NCBI GenBank assembly: GCA_964473825.1
Contig: CAYYQL010000006.1
Span: 1 to 64,000 of the forward strand
Direction of reading: 5' to 3'
DNA length: 64,000 nucleotides
DNA from: an uncultured archaeon
Lineage (GTDB): Archaea > Asgardarchaeota > Thorarchaeia > Thorarchaeales > Thorarchaeaceae
Part shown: positions 35,850 through 46,270 of the stretch, in pieces
Layout of the letters: every line of letters starts with the position of its first letter
Numbering within the stretch: the stretch's first letter is position 1
Notes under the pieces: model-generated
Databases searched by the model: none
Told to the model about the DNA's origin: nothing
The model's input: only the letters and a program-made list of their open reading frames with translations
Made by a program: the position numbers and the translations under genes

Positions 35850-38069
35850 TTGAGTACGCTAAGAGAATTGGAACTTGAACGGATATCTCCACATCTGCTA
35901 GAGATACTAAGAAGACAGGGATACGCATCACTCAGTGAGTTCCAGAAGAGTGCATTAAGGGAGGGATTGATGCGTGACGAAAACATCATCATGCAGACGC
36001 ATGACTTCGATGAGGCGTACAGGATAGGCGAGATTGCGCTACTAAACCAGGTGGCATCAAACTTCCGAGCAAGAGGCATCATCCTCTGTCAGAACCCTCA
36101 TCAGGCGGAGAAACGGCTCTCCTCACTGAGCAAGAAGTGCAGCAGGCTTGGAATTAGGGTGACTCCGATAATAAGGAGAAGAGAAGCCACCGGCATCCTA
36201 CCAACACGCGAAAGAGTCATTGTGGCCACAATTCGCTCACTAGGTATTGCCATTCAGTCGCAACCTGGCCTGCTAGATGATGTTAAGTCGATACTAGTGG
36301 AGAGGATAGATAGGATAGGACAACCGAATTATGGTGCAACTCTCGAGGGGATTCTGGTCAACCTCATGGGTGTTTCTGAGAGGGTTCAGTATATTGCCAC
36401 ATGTCCTCCTGTGGCAGACATAGACGATCTAAGTAGATGGTTGAAGGCGGAGGTCGTTGAAGATCCAGAGCCAGAGATTAAGCGAATCTTCAGTGTGAAG
36501 GCCTTCCCTAGTATGGCCGAGTCACTCGCGGATCTTGCAGAATTTGTCCACTACAAAGAGGGACAGATCATGATACTCTGCTCAGACATCGATTCCGCGG
36601 AAGAGCTTGCGTATCAACTCACTGGCATTGATGATGTTCACGAAGACGCAGTACTAGACCTGCGACTCCTGCCTGAGAACCGCGACGAGTTAATTCGGCT
36701 TGCACAACAGATTGGAAGGCATTTCTTCGATTGCGAGTTGACTGACAGACTTCAGGATGTTGTTTCTAGGGGGGTTGCATTCTTTCATGAGGGAGTGCCC
36801 AGAATCCAAAGACGGATGATATCAGAGGCGTGGGAGGAACAGGTTCTCCCCGTCCTTGTAATGCCAACTCGTTTTGCGATTGCGAGCGGCCTCCGCGCCA
36901 CGGTTGTCTTCCTCCTTGGCGCATACATGAGGGACGTGTATTCGGACTTATCTGGTCAAGAGGATCTCACAGTCTTATCAGAACTTCAGCTGTCCGATGT
37001 TCTCGAAAGGGCCGGCAGACCAACATTGGATAAAGAGGGGTTTGGAATAGTAGTAGTGGGCAGCGACGCGGAAAGGAGGCGCGTACTTGAGAGGTATTTC
37101 ATCAAAGATGAGGACCGAAATATATCGCCAAGGCTCGGAGAGGTTGACAGCTCCATGGACGACCCGGAGAACTTTCAGGATCTCCTCCTGAATCAGCTTT
37201 GTGCGGATTCAGACAGCTCCGATAATCCCTTCTCAATTCTTGACCGAACATACTGGGCCGCCTCGAAACGCAAAGTCGGTATCACAGCCGACTTGATGTC
37301 TCCAGTTGAGAACGCCAATGCTGAAACACTGATAGACCTCAGGACCAACAAGTCCACCCGCACCCGAGCGGCAGACATTCCAGATTCAAGTGTCAGAATA
37401 GTATCAGTGACTCCATCCAAGATCGAAGGCCTGGTCCATAGTGGCTCACGGGAGCTCTGGCACTTTGTGGCCCTAAGAGCTGCCGAGGGCGTATCTTGTT
37501 CGTGCGAAGCATGGAAGTATCAGGGTATAAGCAGGCATCGCCTTTGCAAACACCTTGTGAAGTTCTCGAAGTTTGCTTTGGAAGACAATGATACGCGGCC
37601 TTATGCAGCTTCAGTCATCGAACAGGCACTTCGAGGGCTCAGCCTAATCGACGAATTGGAACAGGAAGGTCTGGTTGTGAGAGAAGATAACAGAATCAAG
37701 TGTACGGTGCTCGGAGGTAGCGTCGCAAGACTAGGAGTTCCGGTCGGCGATGCGAGACAGGCCCTGAAGGCGCTCTCCGATAAGAAGGGGGATCTCTACT
37801 CCATCCTACAGAGACTCTTGGTGAGTCGAACAGGTCTATCGGAAGACCTCATCCATGAAGTGCTCTCGTCCCTTCCCGCAGATTCCATTGAGCAGATAGG
37901 AAAGTGTGCAGAGCATATGCCCGGTGTTGTTGAGAACCTGCTCGAAGAGTCTCAGTATGTGAATTCCATTCTCCTTAGCCTCATGGCTAAAGATAAACGG
38001 AATGAACTCGGTCGAAGAAGCCTAGAGTTGCAAGACTCACTTATGACTCTCCTAGAAGACCATTCTTAG
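35850..38069 (+). CDS. Degenerate Ski2/Hel308-like helicase with SWIM zinc finger
   Basis: Q-motif FQ, RGVAFFHEG, ERAGRP; Walker A/B lost; CSC...CKH. Confidence 0.75.
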   Translation: MSTLRELELERISPHLLEILRRQGYASLSEFQKSALREGLMRDENIIMQTHDFDEAYRIGEIALLNQVASNFRARGIILCQNPHQAEKRLSSLSKKCSRLGIRVTPIIRRREATGILPTRERVIVATIRSLGIAIQSQPGLLDDVKSILVERIDRIGQPNYGATLEGILVNLMGVSERVQYIATCPPVADIDDLSRWLKAEVVEDPEPEIKRIFSVKAFPSMAESLADLAEFVHYKEGQIMILCSDIDSAEELAYQLTGIDDVHEDAVLDLRLLPENRDELIRLAQQIGRHFFDCELTDRLQDVVSRGVAFFHEGVPRIQRRMISEAWEEQVLPVLVMPTRFAIASGLRATVVFLLGAYMRDVYSDLSGQEDLTVLSELQLSDVLERAGRPTLDKEGFGIVVVGSDAERRRVLERYFIKDEDRNISPRLGEVDSSMDDPENFQDLLLNQLCADSDSSDNPFSILDRTYWAASKRKVGITADLMSPVENANAETLIDLRTNKSTRTRAADIPDSSVRIVSVTPSKIEGLVHSGSRELWHFVALRAAEGVSCSCEAWKYQGISRHRLCKHLVKFSKFALEDNDTRPYAASVIEQALRGLSLIDELEQEGLVVREDNRIKCTVLGGSVARLGVPVGDARQALKALSDKKGDLYSILQRLLVSRTGLSEDLIHEVLSSLPADSIEQIGKCAEHMPGVVENLLEESQYVNSILLSLMAKDKRNELGRRSLELQDSLMTLLEDHS

Positions 38070-38150
38070 TTGCCGGCACTCAAGCTTTTTATGGTAGCTC
38101 CTTTTGGCCCCGACTAGAAGCAATGTTCATTTTCTCATTGGTGAAAGGTA

Positions 38151-39296
38151 ATGAAACTGTTCGAACATGAGGCAAAAGATATCTTTCGGGAGTTCAAGAT
38201 GCCAACACCTCCCGGAGGTGTAGCAAAGACACCCGGAGAAGCGAAAAAGAGGGCCAAAGAGATTGGCAAACCGGTTGTTGTGAAGGCTCAGGTTCTCTCA
38301 GGTAAGAGAGGGAAGGCAGGCGGAGTGAAATTTGCAGATACTCCTGAAGAAGCTGAGAAACTCGCGGCAGAAATCTTGGAAATGCGAATTAACGACCTTC
38401 CTGTGGAAGCAGTTCTGGTCGAAGAAAAACTGAATGTCGCTCAAGAAATCTATGCAGGAATAACTATCGACCGGAATACACGACAGTATGTCGTGATCGG
38501 CAGTTCTTCGGGGGGAATGTCGATCGAAGAGCTTGCTGAAAGGAGTCCCGAGAAGATAATCAAGAAACCTGTTGACCCATTTCTCGGGTTCCAAGCGTAC
38601 GAGGCCCAAGAGATGGCTGTGGCAATGGGCTTTGAGGGCAAGGATATTCTCAAACTTGCTGGCTTTTTCCTGAAACTCTGGAAGATAGTCGAGAAGTACG
38701 ATGTCGAACTGACAGAGATCAACCCCCTGATACTGACGGATGAAGGAGAGTTTCTTGCAGCAGATGCGAGGCTCAATATTGACAACAATGCACTCTACAG
38801 ACATCAAGACCTGATGAAGAGTCTCGAAAGAAAGCCTCACGAACAGAATAAGAGGGAGCGCTTGGCTACTGAGGAGGGGATGGCATACGTTGAGTTAGAC
38901 GGCAACATAGCCTGTATCTGTAATGGTGCAGGACTCACTATGGCCACGCTCGATGCGGTTGAACTCTATGGAGGCAAGGCGAGTACGTTTCTCGACCTCG
39001 GTGGAGGAGCAGATGCTAAACGGGTGGAACGCGGTGTAGAGATAGCACTGATGTATCCGAAGGTCAAGGCCATACTGGTCAACATCATGGCCGGTATTAC
39101 TCGTTGTGATGAGGTGGCCCAAGGTCTGATATCTGCTAGAGATGATGGAGATATTACAGTCCCCCTAGTTGTCAGAATGGTCGGTACCAATGAAGAGAAG
39201 GGACAGAAGATGTTGGATGAAGCAGGAATACCTTTCCTGGAAACCATGGAAGAGGCGGCTAGAAGGGTCGTTGATATCGTACAGGAGGAGAAGTAG
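38151..39296 (+). CDS. sucC: Succinyl-CoA synthetase beta subunit
   Basis: KLFEHEAK, KAQVLSGKRGKAGG, EINPL, NGAGLTMAT. Confidence 0.96.
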   Translation: MKLFEHEAKDIFREFKMPTPPGGVAKTPGEAKKRAKEIGKPVVVKAQVLSGKRGKAGGVKFADTPEEAEKLAAEILEMRINDLPVEAVLVEEKLNVAQEIYAGITIDRNTRQYVVIGSSSGGMSIEELAERSPEKIIKKPVDPFLGFQAYEAQEMAVAMGFEGKDILKLAGFFLKLWKIVEKYDVELTEINPLILTDEGEFLAADARLNIDNNALYRHQDLMKSLERKPHEQNKRERLATEEGMAYVELDGNIACICNGAGLTMATLDAVELYGGKASTFLDLGGGADAKRVERGVEIALMYPKVKAILVNIMAGITRCDEVAQGLISARDDGDITVPLVVRMVGTNEEKGQKMLDEAGIPFLETMEEAARRVVDIVQEEK

Positions 39297-40166
39297 ATGG
39301 CGGTATTGGTAGACAAGGGCACAAGAGTGATCATCCAAGGAATAACGGGCGCTCAGGGAACATTTCATTCTCAAGCCATGAAGGAGTACGGTACCAGAGT
39401 CGTCGCAGGGGTCACCCCAGGCAAAGGGGGGCAAGAGATTGCAGGGATACCGGTCTATGATACTGTTGCACAGGCAAAAGAGGAGGAGAACGCAACAGCC
39501 TCAGTCATCTTCGTTCCCGCCCGTTTCGCAACCGACGCTGCACTGGAAGCGATCGCAGCAGACCTGAATCCCGTCGTCATAATAACGGAGCACGTACCTG
39601 TACGTGACGAGATTCGCGTGATACATGCTGCAGCAAGAAAGGGCATCACCATAATCGGCCCGAACACACCGGGTATTATCACTCCAGGAGCCAAACAGAA
39701 ACTTGGGATCATGCCAGGTCATGTCTTCTCGGCTGGCGATATAGGACTGATGTCTAGAAGCGGTACACTGACCTATGAGATTGCAGCAGGTATGACTGAC
39801 GCGGGCATTGGTATAACCACGGCAATCGGACTGGGCGGCGACCCCTGTGTTGGCCTCACCACGCTCGAGGCTGTCAAACTCTTCGAGAAGGATAAGGACA
39901 CCAAGGGGATGGTTCTCGTTGGTGAGATTGGTGGCGATGCCGAAGAACGGGCTGCTACGTACATCAAAGAGCACATCAATGTCCCTGTTGTTGGCTTCAT
40001 CGCAGGGCGAACGGCACCTCCAGGCAAGAGAATGGGTCATGCAGGAGCAATAATCAGTGGCGGATCAGGAACAGCAGCCTCCAAGATTGAGGCGTTGAAC
40101 TCAGCGGGTGTGAAAGTCGCTAAAAAGCCAAGCGACATCGCTCGGCTGCTCGAAGAGGCTATGTAG
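39297..40166 (+). CDS. sucD: Succinyl-CoA synthetase alpha subunit
   Basis: QGITG, SRSGTLTYE, RMGHAGA (phospho-His). Confidence 0.96.
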   Translation: MAVLVDKGTRVIIQGITGAQGTFHSQAMKEYGTRVVAGVTPGKGGQEIAGIPVYDTVAQAKEEENATASVIFVPARFATDAALEAIAADLNPVVIITEHVPVRDEIRVIHAAARKGITIIGPNTPGIITPGAKQKLGIMPGHVFSAGDIGLMSRSGTLTYEIAAGMTDAGIGITTAIGLGGDPCVGLTTLEAVKLFEKDKDTKGMVLVGEIGGDAEERAATYIKEHINVPVVGFIAGRTAPPGKRMGHAGAIISGGSGTAASKIEALNSAGVKVAKKPSDIARLLEEAM

Positions 40167-40174
40167 GACGTCTG

Positions 40175-40230
40175 TTCTTCAGCTGAGTCGATGTTAGAAC
40201 GATAGTTTTTTAACACGACTCGGCTGGGAA
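40175..40230 (+). terminator. Long imperfect hairpin after sucD (putative terminator or stabiliser)
   Basis: CAGCTGAGTCG/CGACTCGGCTG plus TGTTAGAA/TTTTAACA stems. Confidence 0.4.
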
Positions 40231-40284
40231 GCCTGAGGCGGCTCACGAGACCATCAACCGCCTTTACGCAAAGAGGTCTACAAA

Positions 40285-40443
40285 ATGCCAGTTGCAGATA
40301 TTGAAAAGCGCAGGTTAGCTCAACACTACTTGCTCTACAAGTCGGTGTGTCGCGAGTGCGGAGCAACAAATCCGTATAAGGCTAAGAAGTGCAGAAAGTG
40401 CAAGGGTAAAGACCTCCGACCGAAGAGGCGCTCCAGAAGATAG
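40285..40443 (+). CDS. rpl40e: Ribosomal protein eL40
   Basis: Hand-translated [52 protein letters not shown]; GAGGT SD; below the ORF-track cutoff. Confidence 0.92.
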   Translation: MPVADIEKRRLAQHYLLYKSVCRECGATNPYKAKKCRKCKGKDLRPKRRSRR

Positions 40444-40472
40444 TAACCATCTTGCGTGGCCAGTCTTATGAT

Positions 40473-40548
40473 GGGCCGGTGGTCTAGGGGTTATGACATC
40501 GCTCTCACACAGCGAGAATCAGGAGTTCGAATCTCCTCCGGCCCACCA
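40473..40548 (+). tRNA. tRNA-Val(CAC)
   Basis: GGGCCGG/CCGGCCC acceptor, TCGCT-CTCACAC-AGCGA, AGGAG-TTCGAAT-CTCCT, encoded CCA. Confidence 0.95.
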
Positions 40549-40584
40549 CAATCAAACTCAGCACACTTGAAAGAGGCTTAACAC

Positions 40585-40800
40585 ATGCCAAAGCAAATCC
40601 ACGATGTCGAGAAATTCCTCGAGATGACCGAGGATGCAACTGAATGTCGCGTCAAGAGGGGTTCAGACCAGGTCAAGCTTAAACTACGAACCACCAAGTA
40701 TCTCTATACACTCATTTTGGAGCCACAAGAGGCCGAGGCAGTTATCGAACAGGTCAAGTGTCAGGTTGTTGAGGCACGGCCAGAACCAGAGGAGATCTAG
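40585..40800 (+). CDS. rpl38e: Ribosomal protein eL38
   Basis: MPKQIHDVEKFL...VKLKLRTTKYLYTL matches eL38 (KFKVRCSRYLYTL). Confidence 0.88.
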   Translation: MPKQIHDVEKFLEMTEDATECRVKRGSDQVKLKLRTTKYLYTLILEPQEAEAVIEQVKCQVVEARPEPEEI

Positions 40801-40802
40801 CT

Positions 40803-42068
40803 CTAGATCTCCACGGTTTCGTCAGTCTCGGGTACATGTGCAGTTTTGCCTTTCTTTGTGAGCTTCTCTTGAAGTGCATCAGCTGACTCTGACTCACCGT
40901 GTACAATGTGGAACTCAGGCTCACCGGGGATCTTCATGAGCAAGTCCAGAAGACCCTCTGAGTCAGAATGGCTACTCAGATGATGATACATAATCTGAGC
41001 CTTCACGTCGTACTCTCTATTGCGGATGGTCACCTTTTTCTTCTCGAGCAGTTCTGCACCGGGTGTACCGGGAATCTGATAGCTCACCAGCACAATGGCA
41101 TTGTTGGGATTATCATGCACATCCAGGAAATACCTGTGTGATGCACCACCCTTGAGCATGCCTGCAGGTGAGATGATGATGCCGTTAGACTGTGCAGCCA
41201 TCTTCCGGTCCTTGTTGGTCCGAATGGTCCGAATTCTCTGCATCGCCTGTTTGAATGCCTTTGGCGAGCCTATGTAGTTCGGATGCTTCAAGATTATCTC
41301 GTTCACTTTACGGGCCATTCCATCAACATAGATTGGATACTCTTTCGGAATGTTATACTGCTCAAGAATACACATGATTTCTTGGCTACGGCCCACAGCA
41401 AACGCCGGGATCAAAACTGTACCACCGCGTTCTAGGGTTTCGAGAACTGTATCAACGAGAGCATGTTCGATTTCTTCTCGGTCAGGGTTTCGTCTTCTGG
41501 CATATGTGCTCTCAGTGACGACTACGTCGTGCTTTGGCAGGTTCTTCCTCGCACCAGAGCAGAGTCTTGATTCATCTCCGTTGAAGTCGCCAGTGAATAG
41601 CACTCTCTTTCCATTCACTCTAACCGATACCATAGCGCTTCCAGGAATGTGGCCTGCATTGAAGAGTGTGATCTCAAAACTCCGGCCTAGTGGAAAAGTC
41701 TCTTCGTATGGTGTATGATTGTACTGCCGCCTCAGGCGGGTTATGTCTTTTCGGGTGAATGGTAGACGCCCTTTAGAGATATGATACATGTCACGAAGAA
41801 GGAGCATCGTAAGATCACGAGTTGCAGGAGTGCAAAACAGTTGAATGTCAGGATTCTTCAGGATGATTGGGACGCCGCCCGAATGATCAAGATGTGCGTG
41901 AGTGATTGCAACGCCCTGTAGGTCATGAGTTGGTACAGTGGCTGGAAAGGCTGGAGGGTTCTGGAATTTGACGCCGTAATCTACGAGCATGGATTCGCCG
42001 TTTTCTTTGATAAGGAATCCTGAGCGTCCAATCTCTCTACAAGAACCCAGAAACGTTAATTGTGTCAT
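40803..42068 (-). CDS. MBL/beta-CASP ribonuclease (aCPSF2-like)
   Basis: THAHLDH, AGHIPG, TGD, ESTY, PAFAVGRSQE, SSHSD, VHGE; no N-terminal KH domains. Confidence 0.9.
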   Translation of the reverse strand: MTQLTFLGSCREIGRSGFLIKENGESMLVDYGVKFQNPPAFPATVPTHDLQGVAITHAHLDHSGGVPIILKNPDIQLFCTPATRDLTMLLLRDMYHISKGRLPFTRKDITRLRRQYNHTPYEETFPLGRSFEITLFNAGHIPGSAMVSVRVNGKRVLFTGDFNGDESRLCSGARKNLPKHDVVVTESTYARRRNPDREEIEHALVDTVLETLERGGTVLIPAFAVGRSQEIMCILEQYNIPKEYPIYVDGMARKVNEIILKHPNYIGSPKAFKQAMQRIRTIRTNKDRKMAAQSNGIIISPAGMLKGGASHRYFLDVHDNPNNAIVLVSYQIPGTPGAELLEKKKVTIRNREYDVKAQIMYHHLSSHSDSEGLLDLLMKIPGEPEFHIVHGESESADALQEKLTKKGKTAHVPETDETVEI

Positions 42069-42256
42069 CTATTCTACTTCCAAGGATAAGGCCGATGGAT
42101 TCTCAAGAAAAGGTTTGCGAAACAGTACATTGTGCATCTATCGAAAACTGTGCTAGTCTTTCTCTTTCATATTTGTCAATGTAATCGAAATCAATATTAG
42201 AACCACAACGCTTTATCAATGAGTCATATATAGCAACGACTGCGGAGAGAGCTTGG

Positions 42257-42565
42257 GTGACGGAGGAAGAATCCGGGAGCAGACCAAGAAAGAAACACAG
42301 CGAATCTACGATTCTCGTCGGGTCCAAGAACGTGATGTCCTACGTACTGGCGTGCAAGACGCTATTCGACAAGGGTGCATCTGAAGTCTCAATCAAAGCG
42401 AGGGGACGACTGGTCAGTAGAGCAGTAGATGTGGCAGAAATCACACGGCACAGATTCATGCCTGACCTTGAGGTGAAGGACATCATAATCGGTACTACTA
42501 CAGTGCAGACAGACAAAGGTAGCGACCTGAACGTTTCGACCATCAACATCATTCTTGCAAAGTAG
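42257..42565 (+). CDS. albA: DNA/RNA-binding protein Alba
   Basis: [30 protein letters not shown]. Confidence 0.93.
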   Translation: MTEEESGSRPRKKHSESTILVGSKNVMSYVLACKTLFDKGASEVSIKARGRLVSRAVDVAEITRHRFMPDLEVKDIIIGTTTVQTDKGSDLNVSTINIILAK

Positions 42566-42634
42566 TAAACAGAACGTTCATATGGCACTCGACACGAACT
42601 AGTTGTGTCCAGAGCTTGGGCGAGGTTTCATTTC

Positions 42635-43219
42635 ATGCGTTTACCTGTCTGTATATTTGATTTAGAGTCTGATATGCTATGCCCAAACTGTCAGAACAGG
42701 CTGGACACTGGACAGATAACTCAATTTGATGTAGATTTTTCAAAATGGCTTCTGAGCGAGTCGGATGAGCATCCATCTCTAAGAGATCTGAGTTTGCGAA
42801 GAGCTGTTAAGGCGGGACCACGAGTCGTACTGGTTGTCAAGAAGGAGAGGGACAAGGCCATTCTAGAATCAGCAGAGGGTCTACTGGATCAGATAGCTGA
42901 CCTCTACGGGAAACCTCTGATACTTACTGGACCAGTCAAGCTGCGTCGCGTGATAAGAACGCTCATAGATCCCATCATCGAGGTGGGTGTGAACAGCCTC
43001 TATCTGCCTGATGGCACTCGAGAGAGCATCGTGATGCTCAGACCAGAAGACCGGATGAGGATAGAGTACACTCCAGATGAATTGAGAATCATTGCATCGG
43101 CAGTCATAGGGGAAAGCGTCCTCTTCGAGTTCCAAGAGAAAGAGCAAGACGAAGAAGAGCAAGAAGACGCCTTTGACGAGAAGATGAGAGAGTTCAGTTC
43201 CCGGAGGAGAACCCGATAG
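42635..43219 (+). CDS. Archaeal NusA-like Zn/KH protein
   Basis: PVCxxDxxxxMLCPNC N-terminus; GVNSLYLPDG. Confidence 0.7.
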   Translation: MRLPVCIFDLESDMLCPNCQNRLDTGQITQFDVDFSKWLLSESDEHPSLRDLSLRRAVKAGPRVVLVVKKERDKAILESAEGLLDQIADLYGKPLILTGPVKLRRVIRTLIDPIIEVGVNSLYLPDGTRESIVMLRPEDRMRIEYTPDELRIIASAVIGESVLFEFQEKEQDEEEQEDAFDEKMREFSSRRRTR

Positions 43220-43225
43220 GAGAGC

Positions 43226-44584
43226 TCACACCCTCTCTATGGGATGATTCTTCATTATCTCCCTGAGTACTACGGTGGCATAGCACCCTTTCCGCAGCCT
43301 GAACCTCAGCTGGAGACCCCTGTCCATACACTTGGATTCCAGATCTGGAACGGAGATTGATATCAGATGAAGACCTCCTGCAGAATCGATTGCTCTGGAA
43401 TTCTCGTTCCTGAAGTCAAGAAGAGTGATACCCTCATCATCCAGAATTGAACGGAGTGCGTTCGTCTGAGAGGTGGGGGGCATCTTCGTGGCATAGCCCG
43501 GCACGGGAGCTGCAATGCCAAATCGGCCCTTCTCCACTAATTTGGCCCTTTCCTCTAGATTCTTCTCAGTAACATACAGCCATGAATCGCGACCAGAGTG
43601 AGGTTCATCCAGTTGTATCAGGAAGTCTCCAGGAACAGGAGAGTCAAGGGGTAGTCTGTCTTCATGTCGTCTGCTAATAAGGCGATTGAAGAGATAGGAT
43701 TGATAGGCATGTACAAAGAGAGTGCGAATTCGTGGAGATATCTGTCTGAAGGCTCGTTCATAATCGCCGGGATTCTTCGTGAGAAAGCGTGCGATGTTCT
43801 TCTCATATCTCAATCCATCAGGGAGGGCTTCAACGACCGACTCGTCAAAGACAAGCTCTTCGGCAAGCTGTTTCCGAATTGAAGTAATCTTCTCATCTTC
43901 GTATTGACTCAAAGTGGTAAGCATGATGCGGACTGCCCCTTCAAAATCACCTTTGATAGCAGCCTTTCCGACTAGGTGAGTATAGGGCCGGACTACACCG
44001 AATCGCTGTTCACCGAAGTAGTTGAGGAGAGGGGTCGTCTGCACTGCCTCTGCTGCCTCTAGAGCAGCCTCCTCAGATTCTATGTTCCGGAGATATATTG
44101 AGAAACGATTACCCCAAAGATCCCCAACACGCACCGGCTCGGGATTGTAGCATATATCCCTCAGGCATATATTGTACAGCTGTAACTGGTTGAGTTCAGC
44201 AGCAGACTTTGCAGGTACTGACATTGCCTGTGTAGTTATTGCCCTCTTGTCCTTAAGCCCGGCATATGAAACCAGATGCCGTGAAATGCCAAGTTCTGCG
44301 GCGATTATGTTTGCCACATCGAGGGTGGTGAGACCCATCTTCTGTACAACGAATCGCGCATACTTCGCTGGTTCCCCTGAAATGGGAAGCGTTTCTTCTA
44401 TCGATTGTTCATTGCTGTCTGACCACGCTTCCATGTGAAGAACTCGACCTGCAGGAGTGATCTCTTCGACCAGAAAGTCGTCGAAACGTGCTTTCAGGCG
44501 GCCTCCCACACCTTCTACATCTGTAGAGTAATACTCCATGCCAAGACTGCGTTCTAGAGGATAGGTGGTACGCATCAGGATCAC
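43226..44584 (-). CDS. truD: tRNA pseudouridine(13) synthase TruD
   Basis: DFLVEE, YAGLKDKRAITTQ, NYFGEQRFG. Confidence 0.95.
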   Translation of the reverse strand: MILMRTTYPLERSLGMEYYSTDVEGVGGRLKARFDDFLVEEITPAGRVLHMEAWSDSNEQSIEETLPISGEPAKYARFVVQKMGLTTLDVANIIAAELGISRHLVSYAGLKDKRAITTQAMSVPAKSAAELNQLQLYNICLRDICYNPEPVRVGDLWGNRFSIYLRNIESEEAALEAAEAVQTTPLLNYFGEQRFGVVRPYTHLVGKAAIKGDFEGAVRIMLTTLSQYEDEKITSIRKQLAEELVFDESVVEALPDGLRYEKNIARFLTKNPGDYERAFRQISPRIRTLFVHAYQSYLFNRLISRRHEDRLPLDSPVPGDFLIQLDEPHSGRDSWLYVTEKNLEERAKLVEKGRFGIAAPVPGYATKMPPTSQTNALRSILDDEGITLLDFRNENSRAIDSAGGLHLISISVPDLESKCMDRGLQLRFRLRKGCYATVVLREIMKNHPIERV

Positions 44585-44585
44585 T

Positions 44586-44954
44586 TCAGAGCAGCTTCAG
44601 GTCACCTGTGATTTTATCGACTTCGTTTGACCTCGCAGGACCTATGCCAATCACAGTGGTAGTGCCAGGTGCAAGTTCGGTCATCCCTGCATCTCTAATC
44701 ACAGCCCGAGGAAGTCCCTCAGCAATGGCCCTTCGTTCGAGGTCTAATATGGCCTCCTCAGAGTCGACTTTAACAACCACTTTCTTTTGACCCTCGCCCA
44801 TCCATGCACGCCAGACCTCTTGCCGACCTGATCTAGCCTTCTCTGCAGCGCTCACTGCACCATGAGCTACCTGTACCGCGATCTTACCTCGCGTCATGTC
44901 AAGATCAGTCCTGACAGCTATCACTTGTTTGAAGGCAAAGGATCTATTGGTCAA
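44586..44954 (-). CDS. pth2: Peptidyl-tRNA hydrolase Pth2
   Basis: RTDLDMTRGKIAVQVAHG, GQKKVV, DAGMTE. Confidence 0.96.
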   Translation of the reverse strand: MTNRSFAFKQVIAVRTDLDMTRGKIAVQVAHGAVSAAEKARSGRQEVWRAWMGEGQKKVVVKVDSEEAILDLERRAIAEGLPRAVIRDAGMTELAPGTTTVIGIGPARSNEVDKITGDLKLL

Positions 44955-45011
44955 CCATAATCAACTCCACAGGTTCCTCACGAAATCCAACCTGGGCCAC
45001 AGATAAAAAGG

Positions 45012-46241
45012 ATGGTATGTGTGTGTGGAGAGGAGCTGGTTTCGTTGAAGTATGACGCTGTTGTTGTTGGTGCCGGTCCTGCCGGGCTTCTCTCAGCCGG
45101 TACCATTGCACACAGAGGATTCGACGTTGCCGTCCTTGAAGAGCATGCAACTGTCGGAAAGCCTGTCCATTGCGCGGGTCTGTTGAGTACTTCAGGACTC
45201 AAGGCCTTGGGATTGAATCCACCTGATCATGTCATTCAGAATCAGGTGAAGGGGGCAAGAATATACTCGCCTTCATGTGATAGTATCGAGATTCAACGCG
45301 GAAAGAGTGAAGCTCTTGTGGTTGACAGAGGAGCCTTTGACAGATGGTTGGCCGAGAGAGCAAGAGATGAAGGAGCTAGGATTATAACTGACTCCAAGGT
45401 CGAAACCGCGTCTATCACCGAAACAGGAGTTGAGTTGCATTTTCAACAGGAGAGACCGATTGTGAGGGGGGAAGTGGTAGTGAATGCAGAAGGGAGCCGA
45501 TGTCAGATTTCGCGGAGTCTTGGGCTTCCAGTGGTCCCTCGTACATCAAAACTTCCTGCATATCAATACGAGATGAAAAATGTCGATGTAGATGAGGAAC
45601 AAGTTGAGATGTTCTATGGGAGACAACTTGCACTAGGCTTCTTTGCATGGATTATTCCAATTGGTAACCGACGTGCACGAGTTGGACTTGCATCGTACGA
45701 TAGAACTATGACTCGTTTGCGAGGGGCCATGAAACACCACCGAGTCTTGTCAAGAAGACTAGAGAAGGCATCAATTGAGAAGGGATTCGGAGGAATTGTT
45801 CTGGTGGGAACCCCCATAGAGAGGACCTATACCACAAAAGCAGTTGTAGTGGGAGATGCAGCAGGTCATGTAAAGGCAACCACCGGGGGAGGAGTGATTC
45901 TTGGTGGTAAGGCTGCGAAGATAGCAGGTGAAACGGTTGCAGACTCCCTTGAAAATGAGGATTATTCAGATGAGTCTCTTGCACGGTATGAAGACCTCTG
46001 GAAAGAGGAGCTAGGCTCAGAGTTTCGGACTATGTGGCTTGCGCAGAAGACTCTTACCGCGCTATCCGACAAAGGCCTAGATAGACTCGTTTCAGGGGCA
46101 AAAAACATGCACCTGGAGGATACCATCAGGAAGAAGGGGGACATGGATAGACAGGCAAGAGTAATTCGTTCCTTGCTACGGGAACCTCGGATGATTCTTC
46201 TTGGGTTTGATGTCATCCGTTTCTTAAGCCCTCTATTCTGA
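45012..46241 (+). CDS. Geranylgeranyl reductase family flavoprotein
   Basis: GAGPAG, HCAG, FAWIIP, VGDAAG...TGGG; true start possibly TTG 45045. Confidence 0.88.
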   Translation: MVCVCGEELVSLKYDAVVVGAGPAGLLSAGTIAHRGFDVAVLEEHATVGKPVHCAGLLSTSGLKALGLNPPDHVIQNQVKGARIYSPSCDSIEIQRGKSEALVVDRGAFDRWLAERARDEGARIITDSKVETASITETGVELHFQQERPIVRGEVVVNAEGSRCQISRSLGLPVVPRTSKLPAYQYEMKNVDVDEEQVEMFYGRQLALGFFAWIIPIGNRRARVGLASYDRTMTRLRGAMKHHRVLSRRLEKASIEKGFGGIVLVGTPIERTYTTKAVVVGDAAGHVKATTGGGVILGGKAAKIAGETVADSLENEDYSDESLARYEDLWKEELGSEFRTMWLAQKTLTALSDKGLDRLVSGAKNMHLEDTIRKKGDMDRQARVIRSLLREPRMILLGFDVIRFLSPLF

Positions 46242-46270
46242 TGCGATAGAACACTATTTTTAGGAACACG

